Assembly: GCA_003427395.1 (NCBI GenBank)
Contig: BFEA01000038.1
Location: forward strand, 3,750,869-3,814,868
Direction of reading: 5' to 3'
Length of the DNA stretch: 64,000 bases
From: Chara braunii
Taxonomy: Eukaryota; Plantae; Charophyceae
A program made the translations under genes and the position numbers. Position 1 is the first letter of the stretch; the number at the start of each line of letters is the position of its first letter. The notes under the pieces were generated by a model. It was not told where the DNA came from. It ran no database searches and was given only the letters and a program-made list of their open reading frames with translations. Positions 39,043-51,731 of the stretch are shown one piece after another.

Positions 39043-40877
39043 TTAAAAAAGTAGGGAAGCACTTGTGAAAGCCTGACCCCCTTCAAACGAGAAATGTGAT
39101 ACATACCGGACAGAGAATGCGCAAAAACCCTTAAAAAAGAGTCTTTGCGAATTAAACGGGGAAGATCCAGAGGAAATGCAAGAATCATCGTGGCATATAT
39201 GACAGAAAGCCCTAAAAAGAATTCCCAACTGGCCGAGTACCAAGCAGCCATGAACTGGACCGAGCCGTCAAGAAGGGGTGTTACCTTTTTCCAAGATCAC
39301 GCCCGATTAGGTGTCGATGTCCAATGTCCATTGTCCAGTACAGATCACTCCAAGTGTCGGCGTCTCGACTGTAAGCCACCTACGGGCCCACTGAACCAGG
39401 ACTCGTTCTTGGCCGTTCTGCAAACCCGTGACCTTCGCTGTTTCACCATTGATGCTCGAATGCTCCGCGAATCTTTGGCAAGCAGCGTGAATAGAGCGCC
39501 TGGGAAGAGCCCTGGGCCCTGGGGCTGTTTCTTTCCCATAAAGCCGCCCCTATTCAGCTGTAATCATTCGAATACTCTCCTCATATGCCAACTGCTGTGA
39601 CGGAGTGCCAACTGCGCCTAAAGATCCCGGCTCAACGACTTACACTTCCCTCCATTAGATCCCCTCTGCCGAGCGCAAGGTATTCCATAGGAAGTTCAGC
39701 ATGAAGTTGGCGCCCTTCAGTTCCAGCTGCTCTAATTTGTTGGACACTATAGAAAAGATCCTCCAGCCAATACAACACCGCCCCCACTTCCCCTTATACT
39801 GGACTAGTTTACGCCACCATTGCTCAAGCTCACTTCTGAAGCCCGACAGTTCCATGGCACATCTTCCCCGTGCTATGCGCCCGGGGTGAAACCTTGCGCA
39901 ACAGCGCAAGAGTCACTGGACAGGAGTACTGCGGCGGTGCCTCCCACTTCGTCCTTTCTCCTTAGTTGAGCTACTAGATGGACTTAGAGTTGGACCCCAC
40001 AGGAATGCGGAAAGGAAGAATGTTTCCGCGAAACTGTTTCCGGGACCCCACAGGCAGTGGAAGACCTTCTGGCAAAAGCGAAATGTCTTCCAAATACTGG
40101 TTTCCGGAACCCCACTACCCGCAATTTATGGCGTGGAAGAACACGTATGGCTGTTTTCACATCGTCCGCGGCGTGGAAAAGAGGCTCCGGAGGACATCTC
40201 GCCGCGATTTTGTGCCGAAAGTTGAGAGTGAGGGAGGGAGTGTGTGGGGTACTTTCCAAGGTTATGCCCGTCGTTTGAACCAGCAAGTGTCCAGCCCCTT
40301 GGCCTACCCCGGTCCTGGAGCAGTGAGCACCTGGAGGTCGCAATGCCTCTCGCACGCGCTGCCCTGCGTCATTCACATGAGGTCGCACGGTCATTCCTTG
40401 GGTCCACCCCACACCTTCCGGACATTCGGCCACTTTTCTTTTCGGGATGCCGAACGGGCAACTTTCCTATTACGAAATATCAGTTGCGCACTTTGCCTGA
40501 AAACGCAGTCCGCTATGGTGTCCAGGCAAAACAGTTTCCAACCTTTCCAAAATCGTTCGGCCGCTTTTTATGGCGTGGCCTTTTCCATCGTTTTTCCTGT
40601 GGGGTCCAACTCTGTGTTTGCCTGTGACAGGTAGCAGCTGTGGTTTAAATTTATTAAAAAAAAAAAACAAAGGGGCAGAATGCAAACTTGCACAACCCCG
40701 TGACAAGGATAGATTGCAAAGACTTAAATCCGAAAGGGCATTTCACAAACTTTTGGAATTTCAGGTTATTTTAGCACATATATGAACTTTCAGGGCTATT
40801 TTGAATATATATATATTTATATAGATATGTAGATTTTTTTTTTGAACCCAAAATTTGAAAAGAAAACTAGTTGACCC

Positions 40878-41045
40878 CTATGTTTGTGGCTGAATTGCAC
40901 ACCCATGTGACTGTTGAAAAACAGACCCAAGTTCTAACCCTGAGGATAGAGCCAAAATGAATTGAATAACTCGGAATTACCCGGGGTCGGCCAGTTGGAT
41001 GATGATACCTCAAGACGGCAGTGCTCTTTGAGAAAACAGACGGAC
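40878..41045 (+). mobile_element. tRNA-derived SINE (head plus body), host of the U6 insertion
   Basis: TGTGGCTGAATTG...ACTGTTGA...AGTTCTAACCC aligns with 42891-42960; body motif GATGATACC.CAAG..GCAGT recurs at ~12105-12165. Confidence 0.6.
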
Positions 41046-41175
41046 GTCCTTCAGGACATCCGTTAAAATTGGAATGATACAGAGCAGATTAGCATGGCCC
41101 CTGCGCAAGGATGACACGCATAAATCGAGAAGTGGTCCAAATTAATTAATTAATTAAAAAAAAAAAAAAAAAAAA
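41046..41175 (+). pseudogene. U6: Full-length U6 snRNA retrocopy with (AATT)n + poly(A) tail and TSD
   Basis: GTCCTTCAGGACATCCGTTAAAATTGGAATGATACAGAGCAGATTAGCATGGCCCCTGCGCAAGGATGACACGCATAAATCGAGAAGTGGTCCAAATT is plant-type U6. TSD AGACGGAC (41038-41045, 41175-41182). No USE/TATA upstream and no T-run terminator. Confidence 0.95.
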
Positions 41176-41956
41176 GACGGACTGGAAAGTTAACCCCTTC
41201 CAGTGTCCCATGGGGGGAAGGTCCCACGAGTGAGGAGGATTGGATCAAGCGCCCGAATCTGGACGACTTTTCTCCGAGATGCAGAAAACCAGATCAACGG
41301 CAAACACGTCCACTTGCGGGCCTTAAATCCAACCCTACTTACTCGTGTGATCTTGCCCCTGGACTTGAAGTTTCGGTCCTTTCCACAAATGGACCCCTTT
41401 CAAAATGCAGGCACACCAAAAGAGGGTTTAAAAAACAGCAATTGCAGGCACATTTCGTCAAAATAATAATAATAATGATAAGAAAAAATCAAAGTTTTAG
41501 TCTCAAACAGATAAGAAAGACCCGTCCATGGACTATCCGTTTGTCGCCTGTTGCATCTCCTCCCACCAAACAGAGAACCTACACCTACACTACCTTCCAT
41601 GACTGGCTGGATCACATGTGCTTGGAAGTGGAAATCAAAGGGAAAAAACAAAAAAAAAGTAGCAGCTGCCTCAAAGAATGATTGAAATGCAATCAGGGGA
41701 GGAATAGCGGACAAACTTAATGACCACAAAAGACAAAAACCTGGTGGCTTTGTGAGTTTAAGTTATTTGCTGAAAGTGAAAACAAAAGGGCCAAGACAGA
41801 ATCAGGAAATTGCATGCAGTGCAAAAACAAAACAAAAAAAAAAACCTCCATCCATTGCTGTGTCCAAGTCATCATCGTAATAAATGCAATGATTTTAAGG
41901 GGGGAAAAGTGAGTATTATATAGTCTTGTAGATATCCCGAATGTGCTCGCCCTTTA

Positions 41957-41957
<1 letters not shown>

Positions 41958-42009
<52 letters not shown>
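41958..42009. repeat. (TG)n microsatellite
   Basis: Direct reading. Confidence 0.97.
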
Positions 42010-42010
<1 letters not shown>

Positions 42011-42796
42011 CGCAATTACCTGTCCAAATTCGACAGGTGATTGATTTTTTTTTTTTTTTTCTAATTGAAAACTACACTACATTCTTCTCTCAGATTCTTT
42101 TGCCTTTCACTACCTACCTACCACAACTGCTAAGGCTATGTAGAGGGGGACCCCTGCAAGCATAGCTACCCCACAATGAAAGGATTGTATGTTGCCCCCC
42201 CCCCAACAGCGGTATCCAGAGATGGGGTGGGGCCACCAGTGGGGGTTCCGCTAACGTAAAGACATAGCATTTCTCCAGAAGCTGGGCCTCCCTTTTCATC
42301 ACTGCGCCTCCCTTTTCCATCGTCCCCAATCCCCCATGGAATACCAGTAGTGTCTAAGACCAACACTCTCCCACACACCACACACAACCCACTCACACTC
42401 GCACTCACACCCGTGACCCTACTGATACCCATCAGAGGTATCCAACGGTCTATCACAGCTGGTTGGCACTAAGTGTGCGGCCGGCGGTTATGGGGCTGCG
42501 TACTGATTCGTCTTCTAAGGGTAGTGTACCAAATTGCGAATTCATAAAATTTAATGGTGTTTGCTTGTACAATGCTTTCCAGTCATCATCATTGAGTGCA
42601 ACAACTTAGTAAAATACTTATTTATTTATTTATTTAATTAATTTATTAATTTATTTATTTATTTACAACTTAGTCAAAACTTGAAATGATGGGAAAAGGA
42701 AATTTAAACAAAACAAGATCATAAATATTCAAACCCAGAAGCCGAGATTAGTCAACCCCATCAACTGTCTTTTTTTCAAAATAATTTAATTAAATT

Positions 42797-42889
42797 AATT
42801 TGGACCATTTCTCGATTTACGCGTGTCGTCCTTGAAAGCCAGGGGCCATGCTAATCTGCTCTTTCTCTGTATCCTTCTGATTTTGTCCC
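42797..42889 (-). pseudogene. U6: Degenerate, 5'-deleted U6 snRNA copy
   Basis: Reverse complement reads GATACAGAGAAAGAGCAGATTAGCATGGCCCCTGG...AAGGACGACACGCGTAAATCGAGAAATGGTCCAAATT, then an AATT-rich tail. Confidence 0.9.
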
Positions 42890-42890
42890 A

Positions 42891-42962
42891 GCCTATGTGG
42901 CTGAATGGTACGCACATGTAACTGTTAAAGAACAGATCACAAGTTCAATCCCGGTGGAATCT
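42891..42962 (+). mobile_element. tRNA(Asn)-like SINE head or pseudo-tRNA
   Basis: A box TGGCTGAATGG, anticodon-loop-like CTGTTAA, B box GTTCAATCC; stems do not pair well. Confidence 0.65.
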
Positions 42963-43576
42963 GATTGATACAATAATCATAGGCGAAGCAAAAAGAAAAA
43001 GAAAAAAGGAATATATTATTATATTCCAGGGTTTTGAATTATCTTTTCAATGTATCCACAGATGAGGAGGGAGGGGAAAGCTGAAAGAGAGAGAGAACCT
43101 TCCACAATAGCAGTGCCTCTGTGCTGACGTAAATCAAGTCATAACACAAATAATGAATGATGAATAAAAAAAAATATAAAAAAAAGATCATATAGTTTTG
43201 CAACCCCCTCTTGCTCCTCCTCCTAGCACAGCACGTACTGCTACCATAATTACCCCTGCCACTGCTCGTGCAGCTGTTGTTGTGATGTCTCCCACTCCTC
43301 GCTCCTCCCTCTCCCTCCTCCTATTCCTTCTCACTTCTCACCCTCCGCTCTCCTCCCTTCTCCTACTCCTGTCCACTCCTTGTCCTCTTCTTCACCCTCC
43401 TCCTCCTCTTCACTCCTACTCACGCTGCTTCCTCCTCTCCTCGTCCCGTCTCCTCCTGTCTCGAATGCAGACAATGAATCATGACTGCTGGCTCTCTTTG
43501 TCCCCAAAGGTCCATTCTACTGTATGTTTGGATGAGACCTGGGACAAACCATATGCACACACACACACACACACAC

Positions 43577-43612
43577 CTGTCTCTTATACACATCTAGATG
43601 TGTATAAGAGAC

Positions 43613-43614
<2 letters not shown>
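43577..43614. other. Nextera mate-pair junction adapter (assembly artefact)
   Basis: Perfect 38-bp CTGTCTCTTATACACATCTAGATGTGTATAAGAGACAG between (CA)n and (GA)n. Confidence 0.99.
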
Positions 43615-43646
<32 letters not shown>

Positions 43647-44554
43647 CAAATTGCATACACATCATTGGAGCAAAGTTTATCTACGAAGTTGGAATCATCA
43701 ACTACATTGTGACACACCAGGGCATGACCAAATGATTAGGATGCATAGAATCACGTGTCTGACAGTGGACATGGGTTCAATGGATTTTCTCTTTCTTCTA
43801 TGTGTCTGCTTTGGATATAAAGCGGTTCACTCAAAGAAGCTGCGGAGACACAGCCCATGTGGTTGCCTCCTGAAGATGGTTTAACAACAGAACAAAAAGA
43901 AAAATGACGAAGAACCATGCAGCATATGTAAACTACACACAGGAAGGCTAGGTCTGTGCTCGACCAACTTAATTCGGGGATTTTCCTCAGCTTTAAGTAA
44001 GTACGGCGGACTTCCCATATTGACAAGATGGCCTCTACTGCGAGCAATGAGTGGGACTATTTCAAAAATGGTGCCCGTGACCACGGTTTCCAACTGAGAA
44101 ATCGTGTACATGTTTTCCAACTGGACCACAATCGTGTCCTTAGGCATAAGACTGTCTTCCAAATACGTTAAATCTGCAGAAATACTTCACCAGACAGGCG
44201 TTTGTTTTTCCTGCAGCAGTTCGCGGAAAGTGGATCACGGAGTCAGACATGCTCCTACTTGTTGAATTGAAAAGGTAATTATCTGTGCCGAATTCCTGTG
44301 GTGGAGAGGAAGTCCATCTGACAATGGGGCCTGATTTTCTTCAGGAAATTTCCCTGAAGAAAGCCGGTGGAGTGCAAATCATCATTTAAAGGAAGGAACC
44401 CTGAGTACAAGAGCCACACTATGGGCCTTTTTTTTGGATGCGGATTTTGCTGTTCACCAAATTCTTGCCGAACCTGCGAGGTTCGCGATTTGCCCTGCAC
44501 CACGGGCCTTTTCAGTCCGGTAGGCTCCACCAACTATTTTGCAGCGGGTTAACC

Positions 44555-45067
44555 TGTCGTGTTGGGAGAGCTCCGCCCCCAATGGATGAGAAGGGCAGGG
44601 GTCAGAAGAGTATCAGGTGGGACTGTGGGTGCAGCGATGCAGCGAATGGAAAGTAGACAATGGAAGAGGCCGTTAATCCCCTGTTGTGACGGACCCGCCG
44701 GGACGGCGGTCCCATCAGTGTCAAGACGAGGGGTGAGGATGAAGGAGATGGGTATGGAGCTGGAAGAGACAGTGCAGCTCCCTCACAGACTCAATACGCA
44801 CGTACTCCAACCTGTGCAAATGAAGAATGAGTGAAGATACAGACTGAAGCTGGGGTATACCCCCAGCTAACTAACTGGACTGGACTGGACTGGATTGGTA
44901 CCGATGGTGGTACCGGACACGACTGGACTGAATACTCACATGGCCTCTGGGGTCAGGCCAACAGCCTGGCCCCACAGGCCGAATAGACAAATGGCCAAAT
45001 AGCCTTGGCTCTAGGCCTGGGTAGCTAGAGGCCCACTGCATTCTCTTCAGACCTATAGTGGATCACA
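44555..45067 (-). mobile_element. Possible solo-LTR-like segment
   Basis: Minus strand starts TGTGATCCAC; internal (CTGGA)n; similar start to 23191. Other end and TSD not established. Confidence 0.3.
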
Positions 45068-45217
45068 AGAGCCATAAACACTCTTTCGCGAAAGCAGTGG
45101 AACTCTATAACAATAAACCTGAGAATTCTAGGATGCGGAGCAAGCTCGATGCCAAGTCCATGTGATGCAGCCTAAGCTACGTAATGTCATTAAAAAAAAC
45201 ACATGTTTGGTATATAC

Positions 45218-45221
<4 letters not shown>

Positions 45222-45252
<31 letters not shown>

Positions 45253-45325
45253 CGGGCCCAGTGCCCAAGGCTGATATTACCAATAATAAGATTGAGGCCG
45301 GGGTCCTCACAGTTTGCCCGGAATG
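45222..45325 (-). mobile_element. Very short LINE 3' tail with poly(A)
   Basis: Reverse complement TTCCGGGCAAACTGTGAGGACCCCGGCCTC...ATTGGTAAT matches 19129-19176; T run 45222-45248. Confidence 0.65.
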
Positions 45326-45428
45326 AACATACGGAAACCGCTAATGATGACCATGATGATACTAATGACACTGATTAATGATGCTAATTAGAATGATGAT
45401 TCAAAAATATGAAAAATTAAAGAAAAAT

Positions 45429-46351
45429 ATGCTATATCAGCTATTTTGGCCTCCTAATCCTAGAACAACTCCCAGCCCTCCCTACACCAGGACACTGTAC
45501 CTCAAAGACAAAACCACCTAACTAATTGCCAACCATAACTGATCTCTTCTCGCTTCATTGCAGCCCCCCCCGGTTCACCACTAGACTGCCTTCCACCCTC
45601 AGCAAACCCCAGGTCTCTCTACAAGGCCTCACACTCCTGCTATTAACAGGTTACAGGGCAACGCCCCAGCTCCGGCCAGCGTCGTTCTGGCATCGGCAAA
45701 CCAAGGGCACAGAACAGAACAACTCAGTTGAAATCAGTCCAGGTTCAACCATCTTTGAAGTCCTATATCCCGAATGTGGAAGAATGCTAGATGCTATCAA
45801 AACTTCAGAACACCAAAAAGCTTAATATAACAATAATCAGATGATGAAACTAATGGTGTGATGATGATGAAGATTTTGACGATGAAGATGATGACGATGA
45901 TGATGATGATGATGATGTTGATGATGATGATGATGCTATATCAGCTATTATGGGCTCCTAATCCCAGTACAACTCCTAACCCTCCCTGTACCAGGACACT
46001 ATACTACAGAGACAGAAACAACCTGACCAACATCAACCATAGCTGATCTCTTCTCACCTCCTTTCAGCCCCCCCCGGTTCACCACTGGAATGCCTTCCAC
46101 CCTCAGCGAACCCCAGATCTCTCTACAAGGCCTCACACTCCTGCTATTTACAGGTTACAGGGCAACGCCCCAGCTCCGGCCAGCGTCATTTTGGCATAGG
46201 CAAACCAAGGCCACAGAACAGAGCAACTCAGAAGATATCACTTCAGGTTCAACCATCTCTGAATACCTATATCCTGGATGTGGAAGAATACGAGATACAA
46301 CCAGAATTTCAAAACACCAAAAAGCTTAATATAACAATAATCAGATGATGA
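45429..46351 (+). repeat. Two tandem ~420-bp units separated by (GAT)n
   Basis: 45429-45847 and 45933-46351; both start ATGCTATATCAGCTA and end CTTAATATAACAATAATCAGATGATGA. Confidence 0.92.
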
Positions 46352-46594
46352 TAGCCGATAATTTCAGCATACATCCATTCTCTCCATTACCCTATCTATC
46401 CCTTTACTCTAATCTGCCCCCGCTGGGATTTGATGCCCAGCCCCAGAAAAGAGTATTTCTCACAATCTACCCATACCCCCTCCAGGATTCCACCTCCCTC
46501 CTAATGAAACCCCTGCGGGGCAGGGCTCTCCCCTACCCCCTCACCAAATTGACATTCCTCTTTGATTTTGTTGGATGCGAAGGATAGCGTCCTG

Positions 46595-46803
46595 AAGATG
46601 ATGATAACGGAAATGATGATGATGATACGAAAAACGACACGAAGCCTTAAAGAGCAAATTCTACTGATAACAATAAGTTATCGATCAAGATGATGATGAT
46701 GATGATGATGATGATAAAGATGATGATGATGATGATGAAGATTAACCAATGATGATGCTCATGATGATGATTATGATGATATCAATAATGTTGTTGCTGC
46801 TAC

Positions 46804-46863
<60 letters not shown>

Positions 46864-47350
46864 CGATGATGGTGGTGATGATAATGAAGATGAATATGAT
46901 GATGACGCACCAATGAAGATGCTCATATTGATGATGATGATGATGATGATATCTCAGTTATGCTGATGATGATGCTGATCATGATGATACTGATGATGAT
47001 GATATTGATGATGGTGATCATGATTATGATAATGATGATGAAGCTGATGATGAAGATGATGATGACTCACCAATAAAGATGGACATATGGATGATGGTGA
47101 TGTCAAAAATGTTGCTACTGCTGCTGATAATGCTGATGCTGATGCTGCTGCTCCTCTCTGTCCTTCTGTTGCCCAGCACTCCCGCTGACACGTTTTTTCC
47201 ACCACGATGCTGAACATAAAGATGATGGTGATGATGATGCTGTTGATGATGACGACGATGATGACTAATCTCGTTACTGATGATGATTATGATGATAATG
47301 ATAATGATGACAATACTATTGCTGCTGAAGTTGATGATACGATGATGATA
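46595..47350. repeat. Degenerate (GAT)n low-complexity tract
   Basis: Direct reading. Confidence 0.95.
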
Positions 47351-48059
47351 TGCCCTGTAAATACAATGTAGATGAAGCAGAAAGAATGACAATCATTCGA
47401 GTAGAAGCCTCCTCCTTGTAATGAGCACTTGACGGAGCTTGGATTCTCTCCTCGAAGCCCTCCCACTCACTATCCCCTGACAATCCTCCTCCCACTCCAC
47501 AGGACACACTGTACTCTTCTTCTTCTCGCGCCGAGCCGACGTCCTCCACCAAAAGTCGCAAGATGAAGAGCACTAGTGATTACTCCTAGAGTAATGCCTA
47601 AGCAATACCCTCCTTCATCCGGCATGTTATCCTGTAGCATCACTCGTTTGAAGCGCAAAGTAGAGAGATGGCAGTAGACCTGCTTTCAAAAGTCAGGAAA
47701 CCGCAGGTGTTGAGGTTGTTAGATGCCATTCCATCCCCCCGTCGTCCTCATCGCCCGACACGCTCGAATTTCATAGCGCGCCCTAAAACTTTGATATCCC
47801 GTGATCCGCTAGACCGTTTGGTCTGAAATTTGGACCACCTCAGCTCCTCAGCGTAGACCACCGGTGGTCCAATTTGCAGCTCAGGGCGCCCGCCCAATCG
47901 CGCGCAATCGTCGAGCGCGCGCGCACTGTTTTCCTTGCTACGTGCAGTTATCTGGTGCGAGCGGCTCCTCTCCGTGGTGGTGACCTTGATTGATGATTGA
48001 TGTTGCCAAGGCGGAGCGGTCCCGATAGCGCTGCGCCCAACCCCCTTGCTGGCAGGAAT

Positions 48060-49029
48060 CTAACTAGCAACACGAAATGAAATCTGGCATGATACAATGC
48101 GAAAGTCCAGGAGGCAACTGCCTCGGTGTTGAAAGGAAAAAATAGGAATATAGCACGAGATAATGTCGTGTCACTAAACCACTGAGTGGGGTGGACTCAG
48201 AAGGGGTGAATGCAGCCTAAGAATCCATACTCGTAGGGGAAGTCACTCGCAAAGGTGGGATAGGTCATCAGAATCGTTTCAGGCTCGGGTGGGGGGTAGC
48301 AAAAGAAAACCGATGACGCTAACTGATAAACCATCAAGGGGGGTAATGCGCCACAAAAGGGTGACAGTATGAAAGTGGAGACGGAAAGAGGGGCATGCTT
48401 AACTAGAGGCATGCAACAGCCGACACTAGAGATGATGAATGCAGTGGGTGATGAAAACAAGCACATAACTCACTGACTAGGAGAGAGTCAAATCCAGGAG
48501 AAGGGGAATCAAAATAACGCTACGGTCTTAATGCCTATGCAATATCGAGGGAAAACCAAACTCTGGAAAAACCAGCTAAGCGAGAACCATCATGTGACAC
48601 ATAAAAGGGAATGTACAGGGTAGGATGGTGGTGTGAGGTGGTCACGTTCAAAGTAGTCGAACCTGATCAAGAAGCTAAAGCCCTCGAAGTAGTCGATGAC
48701 GTCGATGAAGTAGGAGTCAAATTGGATATCGAAGCAGAGCCGCAAGACGCCGACATCCTGAAATAGAGCTGATGATAAAGTACATGAGGGTATGCGTTAG
48801 TGGAAGAAACATAGATGGTGACAGTGTCAATCGTCAAGACTCCAAGGGCGACTATAAGTGCGTTATGGATGCGCGGAGGTGTCTGTTTGCTGTTGACGGA
48901 CAACCTCTGTGGAGCAGGTTCGACCTCAACAATCTCCTCTGTTGGAGGAGGAGTAAGAGAGTCAATCGGTTGAGTAGAAGCAGACATCTCATCAAGACGA
49001 GCACGATCACATGCACACACTAACATGCT
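48060..49029 (-). repeat. Left arm of a long diverged inverted repeat
   Basis: Colinear reverse-complement similarity to 54389-55325. Confidence 0.85.
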
Positions 49030-49325
49030 TCGTTGGATGTCCTTACGTGCGCCCTCGACCTATCATGGTGGATGGTCAAGAGGAGTTTATCGTTTTTTAC
49101 CAGGTAGCACGGATTATCTGATTAGATGATCCGGAAATCCGAATAATGAATAAAAAACCTAGGTTTCTTTTCAGGGCATCCGGGCACCCAATTTATGTTC
49201 GGATACACGCCCAGGTGCCCGGCCGGGCATGAACCCGGGGCAAGGTTTCGAGTTGCTCCAGCGAAAAAAAAAAAAAAAAAAAAAAAAAACACGAAGGTAA
49301 AAAGATTTCAAAAAACAATGTTGTG

Positions 49326-49604
49326 CGACATAAAAATTCCCACAAGAAATGAAAGTTGAAAAAACATTCCATAAAGAAAAAATCCTTCATATTTGTAAAT
49401 TATCATTCCAATATTTGTTCAATTCAAAAATGTACAGTTTTATTTGATAAGTTCCAGTCTAAATATGAGCTTTCTCGTCCAACTACATCTATTTGTTCAA
49501 GATGGAATGAAAGTCTGGACGAGTTTATGAAATATTTTTATAAAACTTTCATTCTACTATGACAAATATCTTCTAATTTAGAATTCTAGGAAATTTTCCT
49601 GTTG
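49326..49604 (+). mobile_element. Internally deleted CAAC..GTTG MITE, TSD TG
   Basis: tg-CGACATAAAAATTCC ... GGAAATTTTCCTGTTG-tg. Confidence 0.88.
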
Positions 49605-49972
49605 TGTAGAATTGCAATACAAACAACTTTTGAATGACGGTCACATTAGAATTCCTCATGGAATCAGAGAAAAAAAAAAAAAAAAAAAAAATCACACTAA
49701 GGGACCCCCTTTTAAAAACATTCGTTTTTTTATTTTTAATTCGGTTTGTTTACGAATATAAGCATATGTCCTGGGCAAACGTTGTTTGTATTATTATTTT
49801 ACATAGCTTTTTTTTTTCCACATTTTTCAGAAAACTTTTTTTTTTTTTTTTTCGCATTTAGAGAGTTTGGGCGTTCGGTTTCGAACGTTCGGGTTCGGTC
49901 ACCGAACCCGAACATGATGCTACAGTGGCGCACATTCAATATAACAAAATTATGCCCCTGGTTCATGAAAAG

Positions 49973-50507
49973 CTAAGTAGCAAATCCGGATATCCGGCAG
50001 ACCAATTTTATCTGGAATTTTCAATCCGGATGAAATTTCCGGATTTATTCCGGATATGAAAAATTCGGCCCTGCGCAAAATATTTTTTTTTTACCGAAAA
50101 AAAAAAAATCAAACAAATCTGGAAACTAAATATGTTGTTCATATCAATGATATGAACAACTTTTGGCTTGAGGCCATATTTGATTACTCAACCGATTTGA
50201 AGATAAAAAATAAAACAGAACAAGAAAACAATATTTAGATAAAAAAATTATAGAATGAATTAAGCATCCCCCCTCTAAACCCCTTTATTCCCTATCTTAT
50301 CCCCTTTGAACCTTTCCAGGCCCTATCAAGCTTTTCATGAAATAGGAACGTAGTTCTATTGTATTTTGGATGCGCAATATCACTTTTTTTTTTTTTTTTT
50401 TTTTTAGTTTTTTTTTTATCATCCAGATTTCATGATGATCCTACCCCCTGATCATCCCGCCAGATAATCCGACTAGATTATCCGGCCAGATAACCCATGC
50501 TACCTAG
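49973..50507 (+). mobile_element. Family A element, 8-bp TSD ATGAAAAG
   Basis: CTAAGTAGCA ... TGCTACCTAG with an exact TSD. Confidence 0.92.
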
Positions 50508-51031
50508 ATGAAAAGCTTGATTGCTCATCAAACGGTTCAAGGGGATATGGATAGGGAATGAAGGGGTTTAGAGGGGGGTTGCTCAATCTATTTTATCTCA
50601 ATACTGTTATTTTTTATCTTAATTTTGATTGCCATATCAAAGATGACATCAAGCCAAAAGTTGTTTGTAATGTCAATATCTACAACACTTTTTGTTTTCA
50701 TATTTTTTATGATTCGATTCTTTTTAGGGAAAAAAACTAGAAACCAAAACCAGATATCGGGCACACCCATTTTATTCGCAATTTTGAATCCGGATAAATT
50801 TCAGCATTAATTTTGGATATCGAAAATCCATCCCTACACAAAATACGACTTTTTTCTAAAAAATAAAAAATTTGAAAACAAAGTATGTTGTAGACTAGGC
50901 TACCAGAGTGGGCTGGCACCACTTTTCTAGCTCGCAATTTTTTTTATTATAAATAAGTAGGCTACCAGCCGGGCTGTCCGGGTCCTAGGTGGCCATCCCG
51001 TGCAAGGACAAGGGAAGGTCCCAACAAAAAC

Positions 51032-51731
51032 CTGCGTAGCACGACGAACGTGTTCTCGCTCCTTCACATTCATGCGAACGTGTTCGTGCGTTTGCGCGAA
51101 CAGCTCGCGAACATAATTTGTTTTTCGTAAAAATAACATAAAACCTACGTTGCCACTTGTACGCACCCTCGTACGAGTACGGATTCGTACTCTTGTACTC
51201 GTATGCTAGGGGCCCCGTACGAGTTTTTTTTTTTTTTTTTTTTTTTAAATCCGGTACTGTTTTGATTTTATTTCTCAAATTCTATTAAGAATCTGAAAAT
51301 GATGCTCGTCCAAATGTTGCTTGTTTTATGGTTTTGCACTACATAGTTTTTTTTTCGGATTATTCTGATGAGTTTTTTTTTTTTTTTTTTTTTTTTGCTT
51401 TTTCGTACGGGGGCGTACAAGACGTACAGGTTCCCGTACAGATTCTGTACAAAAATAACCTGTACGTTTCGTACGGGAAGCCATCGTACGTGTACTCTAT
51501 GCAACGTAGCAAAAAACAAAAAAAATGATTTTTAATTTTTAACTCATGATTGACTACGAATATGAATATGACTCCAAGGCATTTTACATAAAATATTTTT
51601 GTTTCAGATTTTTATGAGAACATTTTTTTTTTTTTTTTTAATATTTTTCGTTCGAAAGGTTTTTGACACTTATTCTCGTTCGGGCGAATATGTTCGCGTT
51701 CGCCTCCGAACGCGAACACGGTGCTACATAG
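51032..51731. mobile_element. Family C element (CTATGTAGCAC-type TIR, GCGAAC/GTTCGC repeats)
   Basis: CTGCGTAGCAC ... GTGCTACATAG; flanks ACAAAAAC/GCAAAAAA (6/8). Confidence 0.65.
51145..51509. mobile_element. Family D element (CTACGTTGC TIR, CGTACG repeats)
   Basis: CTACGTTGC ... GCAACGTAG; TSD CATAAAAC/CAAAAAAC (7/8); second partial copy at 61529. Confidence 0.8.

Noticed and set aside
39050-40634. Possible transposase or gene (218-aa ORF 39978..40634 and minus-strand fragments)
   Set aside because: No DDE or other motif recognised; needs an HMM search.
41046-41143. Functional U6 gene
   Set aside because: No USE/TATA, no T terminator, altered ACAGAGA box, poly(A) and TSD present.
42139-42456. 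Solo LTR (TG...CA)
   Set aside because: No matching TSD and no second copy in the window.
42891-42962. Functional tRNA-Asn gene
   Set aside because: Acceptor and anticodon stems do not pair; only the boxes and loop are retained.
26599-43614. Possible bacterial Tn5 insertion or horizontal transfer
   Set aside because: Back-to-back mosaic ends without transposase or 9-bp TSD are library adapter.
43880-44540. Possible minus-strand host exons (acceptor-like CTGCAG at ~44175)
   Set aside because: No recognisable domain, interrupted frames, close to an adapter junction.
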